DNA from: Lentisphaeria bacterium
GTDB lineage: Bacteria > Verrucomicrobiota > Lentisphaeria > Victivallales > Victivallaceae
DNA: 64,000 bases
Direction: 5' to 3'
Assembly (NCBI GenBank): GCA_017504435.1
Contig: JAFVRD010000035.1
Location: 24,606 to 88,605 of the forward strand
In this document: one piece after another, positions 19,885 to 28,226 of the stretch
Layout of the letters: every line of letters begins with the position of its first letter
Position numbering within the stretch: the stretch's first letter is position 1
Program-made: the position numbers and the translations under genes
Notes under the pieces: model-generated
The model's input: the letters and a program-made list of their open reading frames with translations, nothing else
What the model was told of the DNA's origin: nothing
Databases searched by the model: none

Positions 19885-22800
19885 GCTTTCGCTGTATGCC
19901 AATTATCGGCAACCAGCGCAGCTCCGGACATATCGCCGGATTCAATGACCATGTTCAATATCTCCATTTCCCGCTGTGACGGCATATCTTTCACAAACTC
20001 CGCAGTCGGGAATACATAGCGGTACAAAGTCTGATACACCTGACGGTTGGTCATCACCCACTTTTTGTCAACTACCGGCTCTTTCGCTTCAAACAACGTT
20101 TTGACCTGCGACAACAACGATTCTTTCTGCGCTGCTTTGCGGTCGGAGGTGAGGGAAAGTTTCAACTCCGGTTGTGCGGTTCTTTCTCTTTCGGGAACGT
20201 ACTCTTTGACGGAGTAATCAATTTCTACGCCGATTTTTTCAAGTTCAGCACGGAGAGACGGAGTTACCACATTGGCGGGGATAGCAATATCTTTTCCGGC
20301 AATCAACTCTTTGATATGCTGTGCGACTTCGGAATCCGGAACGATGCGTACCGGTTTGTCCCAGCGGGAGAGCATAACTTTTCTTTTACCGGTCAATTTG
20401 CTTTGCACAACCCCGGCTTTCCAATCTTTCATGCCGACAGCATCATTGGCTCTTTTTGCTTTATATCCGCTGGTCAATTCACTTTCAGGTACATGAACCT
20501 CAACAGTCACCAATTCCGGTCTCTGATATGCTTCACTGAATTGATCATTGAGCATGACATTGGATGAGTGAATGTATGGATTATACAACACACCGCCAAT
20601 GGTCTTGCCATTGCCTTTGTTCAGGTCAAACAAATATTTTATTTTGCCGTCTTTGGCGATTTTGGCTTTTGATAATTCCGGGCGTTCATCTGCTTGTTCC
20701 CATGCACCAAGTTTGATTTCCGGTCCCCATTTGCCGGCGATTTTTGCCGCCATCGGGGAATGCAGTTTTCCGTCCGGTCCAATCTGCACAGAACGGTACA
20801 ATGTGAGATAATCCCCGGATTTTTCTTCCGCATCAAGTTTGTCGATGATCTTTTTGTCAGTGACCAGTGAAAACTTGATGCCGTTGCCGACTTCTTCTGC
20901 AAGCTGCTCGTTGTTTTCAAGTTCAGCAACTTCTTCCGGAGTGAGAGTAGTGCTTAAAGAATTTTCCGGATTTTTTTCAGAAGCGGGGTTGACTTTTGCC
21001 TCCGGAGAAGTTATATTATTTTTATATTGTGGGTTGATGGGGACCAGATCGGATAATAATCCGTGAGATGTCCGCAGACCCGCAATTATTTTTTTTGTCT
21101 GCTTCTCGCCTCTTGCATGACCATAGAAACTTTCAAAATACTCCTTGCCATCTTTTTCATAAGTACGAAAGGTATATATTGGCTTGTCCTCTGAATTCAA
21201 GAGTTCATAAAAACCTTCCTTGGTTTTCGCGTCAAACCTTCTTTTCCCGTTAAATGTCTTTTCAAAATTATTGATAAACTCTTGTAAATAGATTCCCCCT
21301 CTTGTAGCATACCCCAATTCAAGAATATGCTTTCCTAATCCTGATTGCACCCCTTTGCTTTCTAAATAAACACGATTCCTTCCATTAAAAATACTGCCTT
21401 TTCTGCTCAATATTTTGAAAAATATATGATTTGCAGGAAGGTTGATAGATTTTGCATATTCGTAAAGGTTGTTGATATCCGTGATATTTGCTTTCGCCAA
21501 CTCGCTTACTCCGGCATTTTCCATAAGATAAATACGGTCTTCGGGAGCGACATCGGCGGTTTCATCCAGCAGGGATTGACGGCGTTCTTCCATGCTCATT
21601 CGGGAACGGGTAACGGCGTTACGGGATTCAACTTCTCCGGCAAGATTGTTGTACCCGATAAAAAGCGGTATCTTCTGGAAAATCTTATTGTACTTTTCTT
21701 CGGTCATGCCTTTAGCAACAAGTTTATCCCAGAGTTTTTCCAATTCCGTATCGTTTGCATTTTCATCTGTCAAAAGCATTGCTTCAGCTTTTGAGACTTC
21801 AAAACCGGCATCAGCAAGGTGTTTGCGAAGTGAATTTGCCCTTGCGTTATGTCTTGCTTCGGGGGAAATTTTTTTGTCTGCTTCCAAACTGCCGCCTTTG
21901 GCAAAGCCCTCGATTTGCTGAACGGCATGCTGAACTTCGTGGATCAAAATATCTTCTATGATTTCAACAAGTTCCTGTCTGCGGGATTCCTTGCCTTTCT
22001 GATCTTCAATATAATCAATGCTTTCTGCAACCGGTCTCAGTTTTTCGTTATTGATAACGATTTTGTTGCCTACTTCATCAAAATAAGCGTTCTGCGCCCA
22101 AGGCAATTCGCTGAAATCCAGTTTGATATTTTTCAATTCCGGATATGCCTGAAAGAGTTCCGGAGCATTGACATAATCACCCAACTTGCCGGAAGTCCAT
22201 ATCATATCAAAAGGCGTTCTCTCGTATTTTATGCCATCCGGTAAAGTCGCTTCGGTTTTCCATTTCAAATCCGGAATTTCCATTCTCCACTTGCCGTCTT
22301 TGCCTTTTTCCCAGCCGGTGGCAAGTTTGATCGTTTTCGCATCTTCACCTTTGCCGGTCATCTCTTTGGCAATCCGCAGATTGTCAAGCAACGTTTCAGA
22401 ATTATCCATCCGGGCGGCTCCACGGTCGCCAACCATTGAAAACAGTACCCGGTTGCCGGATTCGTCGGTTTTCTCATCAAGGGTGTTAAAAAGGCTCTGC
22501 AAAGTATCATCAATTTTTACAGCATCTTCTCCGGTCGGGTACGGATAGGTATTTTCTTCACCTTTCCAATCTGTTTCTGAAACGCTGCTGTTCAGAAAAT
22601 CATTCACCTGACCTCTGCTTTCCAAAATCCTTGAGATGTAATCTCCAAAAGCTCTTGCCGCCATTTCGGTAGGCTGGGCATAATAATTTTTCTTGGTAAA
22701 AGCATCAAGTCTTTCTGCGCGGGTGACATAGGAGCTGTCGCCGGTGAAAAGAATATTCAACTTCTGGAAGATGTTTTTCACTTCATCCCTGATGCCGCTT

Positions 22801-24914
22801 CGGAATTTCCCGTCAGTAGCCGGAGTGGTTTTGCTGTCGGCAAAATAATAGTCAAGAGCATGCCACCATTCGTGTGCCACATTTCCTGCTCCACGGGTTC
22901 TGGTCAGGTTGATAACGTTCTTTTCCGGTTCGTAATGCGCTTCTGCATTGCCGGAGCCTCTGGCACCATAGGCGAATGCCAATTTACCATTGAGCGAAAT
23001 TGCTTCGGGAGATATATCAAGCGCATTTGCCATATCCATCAATGAATCATAAAGCGCATTCAAAGCGGTCTGACGTTCTTTTTGAGAAACTGAATTACCA
23101 AACTCAACCGCCCGGAAATTGAATCTTTCGGCAAATTCTTTTGCTGAAACATCCTTGCCGTTGCGGTAATCAATACCGACACGATCCCGGAGAGTTTCTG
23201 CATTGAAGCGCAGACGCAAAGGTTTGTTTTTTCCGGTAAACTTGCCTTTGCGTTCAGCCTTTTTCTGTTCTTCAATTTCTGCCGCCTGATGCTGAAGATC
23301 ATCAGCGTGTTCTTCGCTGTATTTCCATGCTTCTCTCAAAGATTTGAAATACTGTAAAATGATTTCACCGAAGCCACGGATTTTTGCCGCAAGGTAATAT
23401 TCACCCTTGTGTTCTCCGGATATGGCTTTGTAGGTGAGAATTTTATATTTAGGTTGGTCAACAGTGGTGTGTTTTTTGACTATTTCTATGTAATATTTTA
23501 TGGCATCTTCAACGTTGTCAAAAAATCCTGTCTTACTGGCGTGATAAGTCCAAACCCGGTATCTTTTTTGCCAATCTTCATCCCGGTTTTTTGATGCCCA
23601 CTCCGGTAGTTCCGGCTTTTTGCCGTTTTCCCATGTGTCCGTAATGTCAAAACCGGACAAATCGACATTGGCATACTCTACACCAAGCTCCTTGAGCAGT
23701 TGTTCCATTGCCTGACTGCGGATGATTACAGTGCGTTTGCCATAATCGGTAAAAACATATCCTGCTTCTGCCATATCAACTGATTCTTCACCGATCAGAG
23801 CGTTTTTTGCGTAAACCGCATAGAATTTTGCAACATTGAGATCTTGTTTGCCATCAAGAGTTTTGTGCCGCTTTACTCCGGCTTTTGCCATATCATATGC
23901 GGTTTTGAGTTTGGCAAGTACATCAATTTTTATTCCGGCTTCAAGCAGTTTTGCATAATCAGGTTTGGGGAACATTTTGGCAAATGTGGCACCGTTCAGA
24001 TTGATTTTATCGGCATATCTGCGGATAATATCTTTTTTTGCGCCGCCGATTTTTTCGCCGTAATCCTCGATCTTTTCAGCGGCGGATTTATCGGACTTTT
24101 CCGACACTTCGGGAGTGCTGGATTTTTTGCCCTTGCTACGCATTTTGTCAGAGAGGGTCGGCTCCTTTTCCGGTTTTGCTTCGGTTTTGGGTGTATAGCC
24201 GATCTCGGCATCTGATACGGTTTCTTCAACCGTTTTACGCATCTTTTCAGAGGTAGTGCGGGTGGCTTTCTCGATTTCCCGGGCGTTGAGCGTTTTGCCG
24301 TCCAGCGTGAAAGCATTGCCTTTTTTGGTGAATGTTTTGCCGTTGACCGTATGTTCACCATCGGGCAAATCGGCAAACGCCATGATCCGCTCCCGGCTCC
24401 CGGATGGCGCGGAGGTGATTTTGGAGATGGTGGATTCAGCAGAGGTTACTGATCCTGATTTTTGTCCTCCGGATACTTGTCCAGAATCTCTATCTGCTCC
24501 GGTGTCAATTCGCTGAACTTCATCGCTCCGCTTTTCAGTTCTCCCCGAAGCCAATTCGCTCCCTCTTGATTCAGTTGCTTCTCCATCGCTTTGCTGAAGT
24601 CTTTCAAGAATTGCTCTTGCTCTGGCGTAAGATTCGGCATTGATAGCCTCCTTTATCTGATTTTTGGTATATTTGGGTTTATTTTCAAGTTCTTCAATGG
24701 TGATTTCAGATGCTTTGCCGTCTGTAACCTCTTTTATAATATACTGCACCTTGTCGCCAAAATCACGCACCAGTTTCAAAAAGTTTTCTTTAGCGATGGC
24801 ATGAGTATTGATAAAAGTTGTTTCTGGAACGATATGACCATCGGCACTCTGATTACGTTTCTGTACCCCATTGAACCAAGCATCTGCCGGATTGCGATAG
24901 ACAAAGGCAAGCAA
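19869..24914 (-). CDS. Polyvalent-protein-like giant protein with two zincin-type HExxH modules (LPD1-like module plus a second metallopeptidase-like module); start uncertain
   Basis: 1681-codon open frame. HEWWH (22860-22874) sits in GARGSGNAEAHYEPEKNVINLTRTRGAGNVAHEWWHALDYYF. HEVQH (21927-21941) is followed by EGFAKGG and LAGEVESRN. EDYGEKIGGAKKD motif at 24030-24068. K/E/S-rich linkers. The TTG at 24914 has no SD; the first in-frame ATG is at 24383. Confidence 0.65.
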   Translation of the reverse strand: MLAFVYRNPADAWFNGVQKRNQSADGHIVPETTFINTHAIAKENFLKLVRDFGDKVQYIIKEVTDGKASEITIEELENKPKYTKNQIKEAINAESYARARAILERLQQSDGEATESRGSELASGRTEKRSDEVQRIDTGADRDSGQVSGGQKSGSVTSAESTISKITSAPSGSRERIMAFADLPDGEHTVNGKTFTKKGNAFTLDGKTLNAREIEKATRTTSEKMRKTVEETVSDAEIGYTPKTEAKPEKEPTLSDKMRSKGKKSSTPEVSEKSDKSAAEKIEDYGEKIGGAKKDIIRRYADKINLNGATFAKMFPKPDYAKLLEAGIKIDVLAKLKTAYDMAKAGVKRHKTLDGKQDLNVAKFYAVYAKNALIGEESVDMAEAGYVFTDYGKRTVIIRSQAMEQLLKELGVEYANVDLSGFDITDTWENGKKPELPEWASKNRDEDWQKRYRVWTYHASKTGFFDNVEDAIKYYIEIVKKHTTVDQPKYKILTYKAISGEHKGEYYLAAKIRGFGEIILQYFKSLREAWKYSEEHADDLQHQAAEIEEQKKAERKGKFTGKNKPLRLRFNAETLRDRVGIDYRNGKDVSAKEFAERFNFRAVEFGNSVSQKERQTALNALYDSLMDMANALDISPEAISLNGKLAFAYGARGSGNAEAHYEPEKNVINLTRTRGAGNVAHEWWHALDYYFADSKTTPATDGKFRSGIRDEVKNIFQKLNILFTGDSSYVTRAERLDAFTKKNYYAQPTEMAARAFGDYISRILESRGQVNDFLNSSVSETDWKGEENTYPYPTGEDAVKIDDTLQSLFNTLDEKTDESGNRVLFSMVGDRGAARMDNSETLLDNLRIAKEMTGKGEDAKTIKLATGWEKGKDGKWRMEIPDLKWKTEATLPDGIKYERTPFDMIWTSGKLGDYVNAPELFQAYPELKNIKLDFSELPWAQNAYFDEVGNKIVINNEKLRPVAESIDYIEDQKGKESRRQELVEIIEDILIHEVQHAVQQIEGFAKGGSLEADKKISPEARHNARANSLRKHLADAGFEVSKAEAMLLTDENANDTELEKLWDKLVAKGMTEEKYNKIFQKIPLFIGYNNLAGEVESRNAVTRSRMSMEERRQSLLDETADVAPEDRIYLMENAGVSELAKANITDINNLYEYAKSINLPANHIFFKILSRKGSIFNGRNRVYLESKGVQSGLGKHILELGYATRGGIYLQEFINNFEKTFNGKRRFDAKTKEGFYELLNSEDKPIYTFRTYEKDGKEYFESFYGHARGEKQTKKIIAGLRTSHGLLSDLVPINPQYKNNITSPEAKVNPASEKNPENSLSTTLTPEEVAELENNEQLAEEVGNGIKFSLVTDKKIIDKLDAEEKSGDYLTLYRSVQIGPDGKLHSPMAAKIAGKWGPEIKLGAWEQADERPELSKAKIAKDGKIKYLFDLNKGNGKTIGGVLYNPYIHSSNVMLNDQFSEAYQRPELVTVEVHVPESELTSGYKAKRANDAVGMKDWKAGVVQSKLTGKRKVMLSRWDKPVRIVPDSEVAQHIKELIAGKDIAIPANVVTPSLRAELEKIGVEIDYSVKEYVPERERTAQPELKLSLTSDRKAAQKESLLSQVKTLFEAKEPVVDKKWVMTNRQVYQTLYRYVFPTAEFVKDMPSQREMEILNMVIESGDMSGAALVADNWHTAKAKKVT
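24446..24640 (-). CDS. Embedded 64-codon ORF with canonical SD, out of frame with the giant ORF
   Basis: Minus strand reads AAAGGAGG-CTATCA-ATG. Translation MPNLTPEQEQFLKDFSKAMEKQLNQEGANWLRGELKSGAMKFSELTPEQIEILDKYPEDKNQDQ looks protein-like, while the main frame over the same nucleotides is low complexity. Confidence 0.3.
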   Translation of the reverse strand: MPNLTPEQEQFLKDFSKAMEKQLNQEGANWLRGELKSGAMKFSELTPEQIEILDKYPEDKNQDQ

Positions 24915-24934
24915 AGGAGTTTGACCATTGTCAA

Positions 24935-25201
24935 TTACTTGCTGAATACTCTTTCGGGCGGCTTCTCATGATATATCAGCACCGCTTTGCCGGAATCGTT
25001 TTTGAGACTTTTTCCGTCTTTCATGGCAAATCCACTTGAATTATCCGGAGATTGGGGTATAGTATTATTGGCGGAGTTCTCCGGGGTCACAGTCGCATCC
25101 CCTTTATCGCCATGAGCGTCGGAACTGGGATTGGCGGGAGACTCCGCCGCTTGGGGCAATGAATTCTGTGATCCCTGCGCGGTTGCCAAGTACAACGGCA
25201 T
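24935..25201 (-). CDS. Hypothetical low-complexity ORF (possible decayed 5' fragment of the island)
   Basis: The track ORF 24935..25276 starts at a TTG inside the fabK terminator stem, so I trimmed it to the first ATG (25201). S/P/N/D-rich, with no recognisable domain. Confidence 0.2.
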   Translation of the reverse strand: MPLYLATAQGSQNSLPQAAESPANPSSDAHGDKGDATVTPENSANNTIPQSPDNSSGFAMKDGKSLKNDSGKAVLIYHEKPPERVFSK

Positions 25202-25258
25202 ATCCTCTTTTACATTTTGATACTCATCCCATGTAATATTCTGCTTGATGCCGCACTT

Positions 25259-25301
25259 ATAAAAAAAACACCTCAAAGGCTGTTTTCAACGTTTGAGGTG
25301 T
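25259..25301 (-). terminator. Rho-independent terminator of the fabK-like gene
   Basis: Minus strand: ACACCTCAAA-14-nt loop-TTTGAGGTGT followed by TTTTTTTT. Confidence 0.65.
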
Positions 25302-25338
25302 ATTTCGTTTTGCAACAGATTTTTCAGTTTTACATGCA

Positions 25339-26373
25339 TTATTCAGCAAAGAAATTTTTCATTTTCTGCAATTCCTTTTCGCCGTCTGACATGATTTCTT
25401 GAATAACATCATTAACAGAGGTGATCTTATCCATCAACCCGACAGACTGCCCCGCCATTACCGAACCATATTCAACATCTCCATCCACAACGGCTTTGCG
25501 CAGAGAACCGACCCAGAAACGCTCCAACTCAAGCTGTGCTTCCTGACGGGTGGTCGTTCCTTCGGCAACTTTTTTGACCAATTCCAACTGAAGTTTGGTA
25601 AATTCCTGAGTTCCGTGATTGCGAATGACCCGCACTGACACCACCGGCAATTTCGGATCAAACTGGGCAGTGGACATAGCATCCCGGGCGTTGGCTTTGG
25701 CAAAGTAATCTTTGAACCGCGGATGCGCCTGACACTCCTCTGTCATTACAAAACGGGTTCCCATCTGAATACCAGCCGCCCCGCAGAGCAGTAAATGAGC
25801 AGTAAGTTTACCGGTCGCGACTCCTCCGGCTACAAAAATCGGCAAGGTATCTCCGAAACGGAAAAGTAATTGCTGGATCAACACCGTAGTTGACACATGT
25901 CCGATATGTCCACCCGCTTCTGCTCCTTCCAGAACCAACGCATCTGCACCGCTGCGGATCATCCGTTCGGCAATGGAAATCGTCGATGCAAAACAAATGA
26001 CCTTTGCCCCGGTTTCTTTAATCGCGGCGATTTCTTTTTCTTTGGGAATACTGCCGGCAAAAACAATATAAGGTACCGGATTATCCAGACTTTTAAGCAA
26101 AGCAATGTGTTCCTGATATGCCGGTGCAATAGTGATGAGATTTACTGCAAATGATTTATCAGTCAAAGTACGCAATTCGGATATTTGCGCTTTAAGAATT
26201 TCCGGTGGGGTATTACCTCCGGCAAGACAGGCAAATGCACCATTGTTACAAACAGTTGCCACAAGTTTCGGATCGCTGACCCAAGTCATCGCTCCGCAAA
26301 TGATCGGATAACGAACATTCAGGAACTCTCTGCCGCGCTGCATCAATCGGTCCATATATTTGTAATCTTGCAT
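25339..26373 (-). CDS. fabK: FMN-dependent enoyl-ACP reductase II / nitronate monooxygenase family
   Basis: YPIICGAMTWVSD...LAGGNTPPEILKAQISELRTLTDKSFAVNLI closely resembles the FabK N-terminus as I recall it. Start moved to the ATG at 26373, which is preceded by AAGAGGTG; the track start at 26502 adds 43 unlikely residues. Confidence 0.7.
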   Translation of the reverse strand: MQDYKYMDRLMQRGREFLNVRYPIICGAMTWVSDPKLVATVCNNGAFACLAGGNTPPEILKAQISELRTLTDKSFAVNLITIAPAYQEHIALLKSLDNPVPYIVFAGSIPKEKEIAAIKETGAKVICFASTISIAERMIRSGADALVLEGAEAGGHIGHVSTTVLIQQLLFRFGDTLPIFVAGGVATGKLTAHLLLCGAAGIQMGTRFVMTEECQAHPRFKDYFAKANARDAMSTAQFDPKLPVVSVRVIRNHGTQEFTKLQLELVKKVAEGTTTRQEAQLELERFWVGSLRKAVVDGDVEYGSVMAGQSVGLMDKITSVNDVIQEIMSDGEKELQKMKNFFAE

Positions 26374-26560
26374 AAAAACACCTCTTTTTGTTAAAAATCT
26401 TTCAATGAAAGATAATATATCATGCTTTGGCAAATTTATCAAGTTTTTTATAATTTTTTCATACGAAACCTCTTTTTTATCAATGCAGTCATCGTTTGAC
26501 AAATCTGCATTTATTCAAATAAATGTTTTATTCACCATTTTTTGCAGGAAACAAAACTAT

Positions 26561-26596
26561 TTGAAAAAACTTCCGGATATGCTATATTATCCGGAA
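26561..26596 (+). promoter_or_regulatory. Candidate promoter with overlapping inverted repeat upstream of the MATE gene
   Basis: TTGAAA (26561-66)-16 nt-TATATT (26583-88). The 8-bp inverted repeat TTCCGGAT/ATCCGGAA (26571-78 / 26589-96) brackets the -10. Confidence 0.3.
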
Positions 26597-26630
26597 CAAA
26601 ATAAATAATAACCCGGAAAGAATTCTGTTT

Positions 26631-27974
26631 ATGATCGGTAAGCCGATGACCATCGGAGCCCCCTGGCTTCATATTATCAAGTTTTCCATCCCGATATTTC
26701 TGGGAGCAGTTCTGCAGCAGTTATACAGTACCGTTGACACCGTGATCGTTGGTCACTTCTGCGGGGAATCTGCATTGGCGGCAGTCGGCACGACCAATAC
26801 GATGGTCTTTTTCTTTCTGGCAGCGGCCATCGGTTTTTCCGCAGGTAACGGGGTGTTGATCGCACAACACTTCGGTGCAGAAAGACCGGCGGATGTCCGC
26901 CGTTATGCTGCTGGCGGAATATGGTTCATGCTGACAGCAGGTCTTATATCCGGAGCAGCCGGGATAATCCTGTCCCGCTGGATCTACATATATTTCATGG
27001 CGGTTCCTCCTGAAATTATTGATGAAACCATGCTCTATTTCCGCATATATTGTACCGGACTGGTATTCCAATTCGGTTACAATGCTCTGGCGGCGATACT
27101 GCGTTCAGTCGGCGACAGTGCGGCAACGCTTTATTTTCTGCTGCTGGCATCTGTATTGAATATTGTCATTGACATCTGGTTTGTCGCTTATTTGCACCTG
27201 GGAGTTGCCGGAGCCGCCGCCGCCACCAACATTTCTCAGACGGTATCGCTGGCAGCAGCATGGATATATATGCATCGGAAATACCCATATTTCCGTTATC
27301 ACATCAATGAGATAAAATTTGACCGGCAAGTTATTTCCGGAACAATTAAGATCGGTTGGCCGATCGCAGTTCAGATGATGATCGTGGCTTTGGGAATAAG
27401 CGGTATTCAGCGTGCGGCAAATACATTCGGACAGATCATGACCGCCACTTTTGCAATAGGTCACCGGATCGAAATGTATTTGCATTTGCCATGCAATGCC
27501 CTGATGACCACGTTGGCAACATTCACCGGACAAAACGTCGGAGCCGGCAAAATGAACCGGGTACTGCAAGGTGCGCGTCAAGGGGTTCTGCTCTCATTTA
27601 TATTGACCCTTTTTCTGGCACTGATCATCTGGATATACGCCGAAGAATTGCCCGGCTTGTTTGCGCTTCAATCTGAAACCGCAAAATACTGTACCGCATA
27701 CTTGAATGCAATGGCTTTTATCGTAGTTATATTATCCCTTTATGTACCGCTGTTCGGGGTGTTTCAGGGAACCAGACATGCTTTAATACCGACCATAGTT
27801 GCATTATGTGCGCTGACCTTGCGGGTCATTGTGACGTACTGGCTGAAAAGAGACGATCTGATGGGGTACTCGATCATATGGTGGAACGGTCTTTTCGGCT
27901 TTTCATTGGGATGTACGATCACCTGGATATACTACATCAGCCGCCGTTGGCAATATAACGCCTCCGGGAACTGA
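26631..27974 (+). CDS. MATE-family efflux transporter
   Basis: 447 aa and about 12 TM segments. N-terminal MATE pattern (IIKFSIPIFLGAVLQQLYSTVDTVIVGHF). Confidence 0.85.
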   Translation: MIGKPMTIGAPWLHIIKFSIPIFLGAVLQQLYSTVDTVIVGHFCGESALAAVGTTNTMVFFFLAAAIGFSAGNGVLIAQHFGAERPADVRRYAAGGIWFMLTAGLISGAAGIILSRWIYIYFMAVPPEIIDETMLYFRIYCTGLVFQFGYNALAAILRSVGDSAATLYFLLLASVLNIVIDIWFVAYLHLGVAGAAAATNISQTVSLAAAWIYMHRKYPYFRYHINEIKFDRQVISGTIKIGWPIAVQMMIVALGISGIQRAANTFGQIMTATFAIGHRIEMYLHLPCNALMTTLATFTGQNVGAGKMNRVLQGARQGVLLSFILTLFLALIIWIYAEELPGLFALQSETAKYCTAYLNAMAFIVVILSLYVPLFGVFQGTRHALIPTIVALCALTLRVIVTYWLKRDDLMGYSIIWWNGLFGFSLGCTITWIYYISRRWQYNASGN

Positions 27975-28117
27975 CAGCCGAAAAAAATCATTTGCGATAT
28001 CCACAAATTTCGTGCCGGTGCCAAAATTGAAAAACAGCACAGTTCCACAATAAAAATTAATGCCGGTTCAAAAATAAAGTAAAAAATAAAAATTCATTCA
28101 AGTTTATCTTTCAAGGG

Positions 28118-28146
28118 TTGACTTTGACGGTGTTTAACGATATATT
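28118..28146 (+). promoter_or_regulatory. Candidate sigma70-type promoter for the XRE-family gene
   Basis: TTGACT-17 nt-TATATT, with a second overlapping TTGACG-16-TATAAC. Confidence 0.35.
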
Positions 28147-28226
28147 ATAACTGATATAAATTGTGTACTGCTGTCGGGATCGCCCCGGCCGGCAATCGCA
28201 ACGAAAGTAATTCACAGGACACAAAA

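Noticed and set aside
19782-25338. Direct repeats (att-like) flanking the polyvalent-gene island
   Set aside because: I compared 19782-19868 with 25277-25338 by eye. Only a weak resemblance was found (AGTTTTCAGGTG versus TGTTTTCAACGTTTGAGGTG). It derives from two unrelated terminator hairpins, so it is not convincing as a target-site duplication.
25339-26502. Track start (ATG 26502) for the fabK-like gene, and similar long starts for etfB (45613), tatD-like (35534), the XRE gene (28161) and the giant gene (61717)
   Set aside because: In each case a downstream start with a proper SD, a translational-coupling overlap or a signal peptide aligns with the expected family N-terminus. The upstream extensions add implausible residues.
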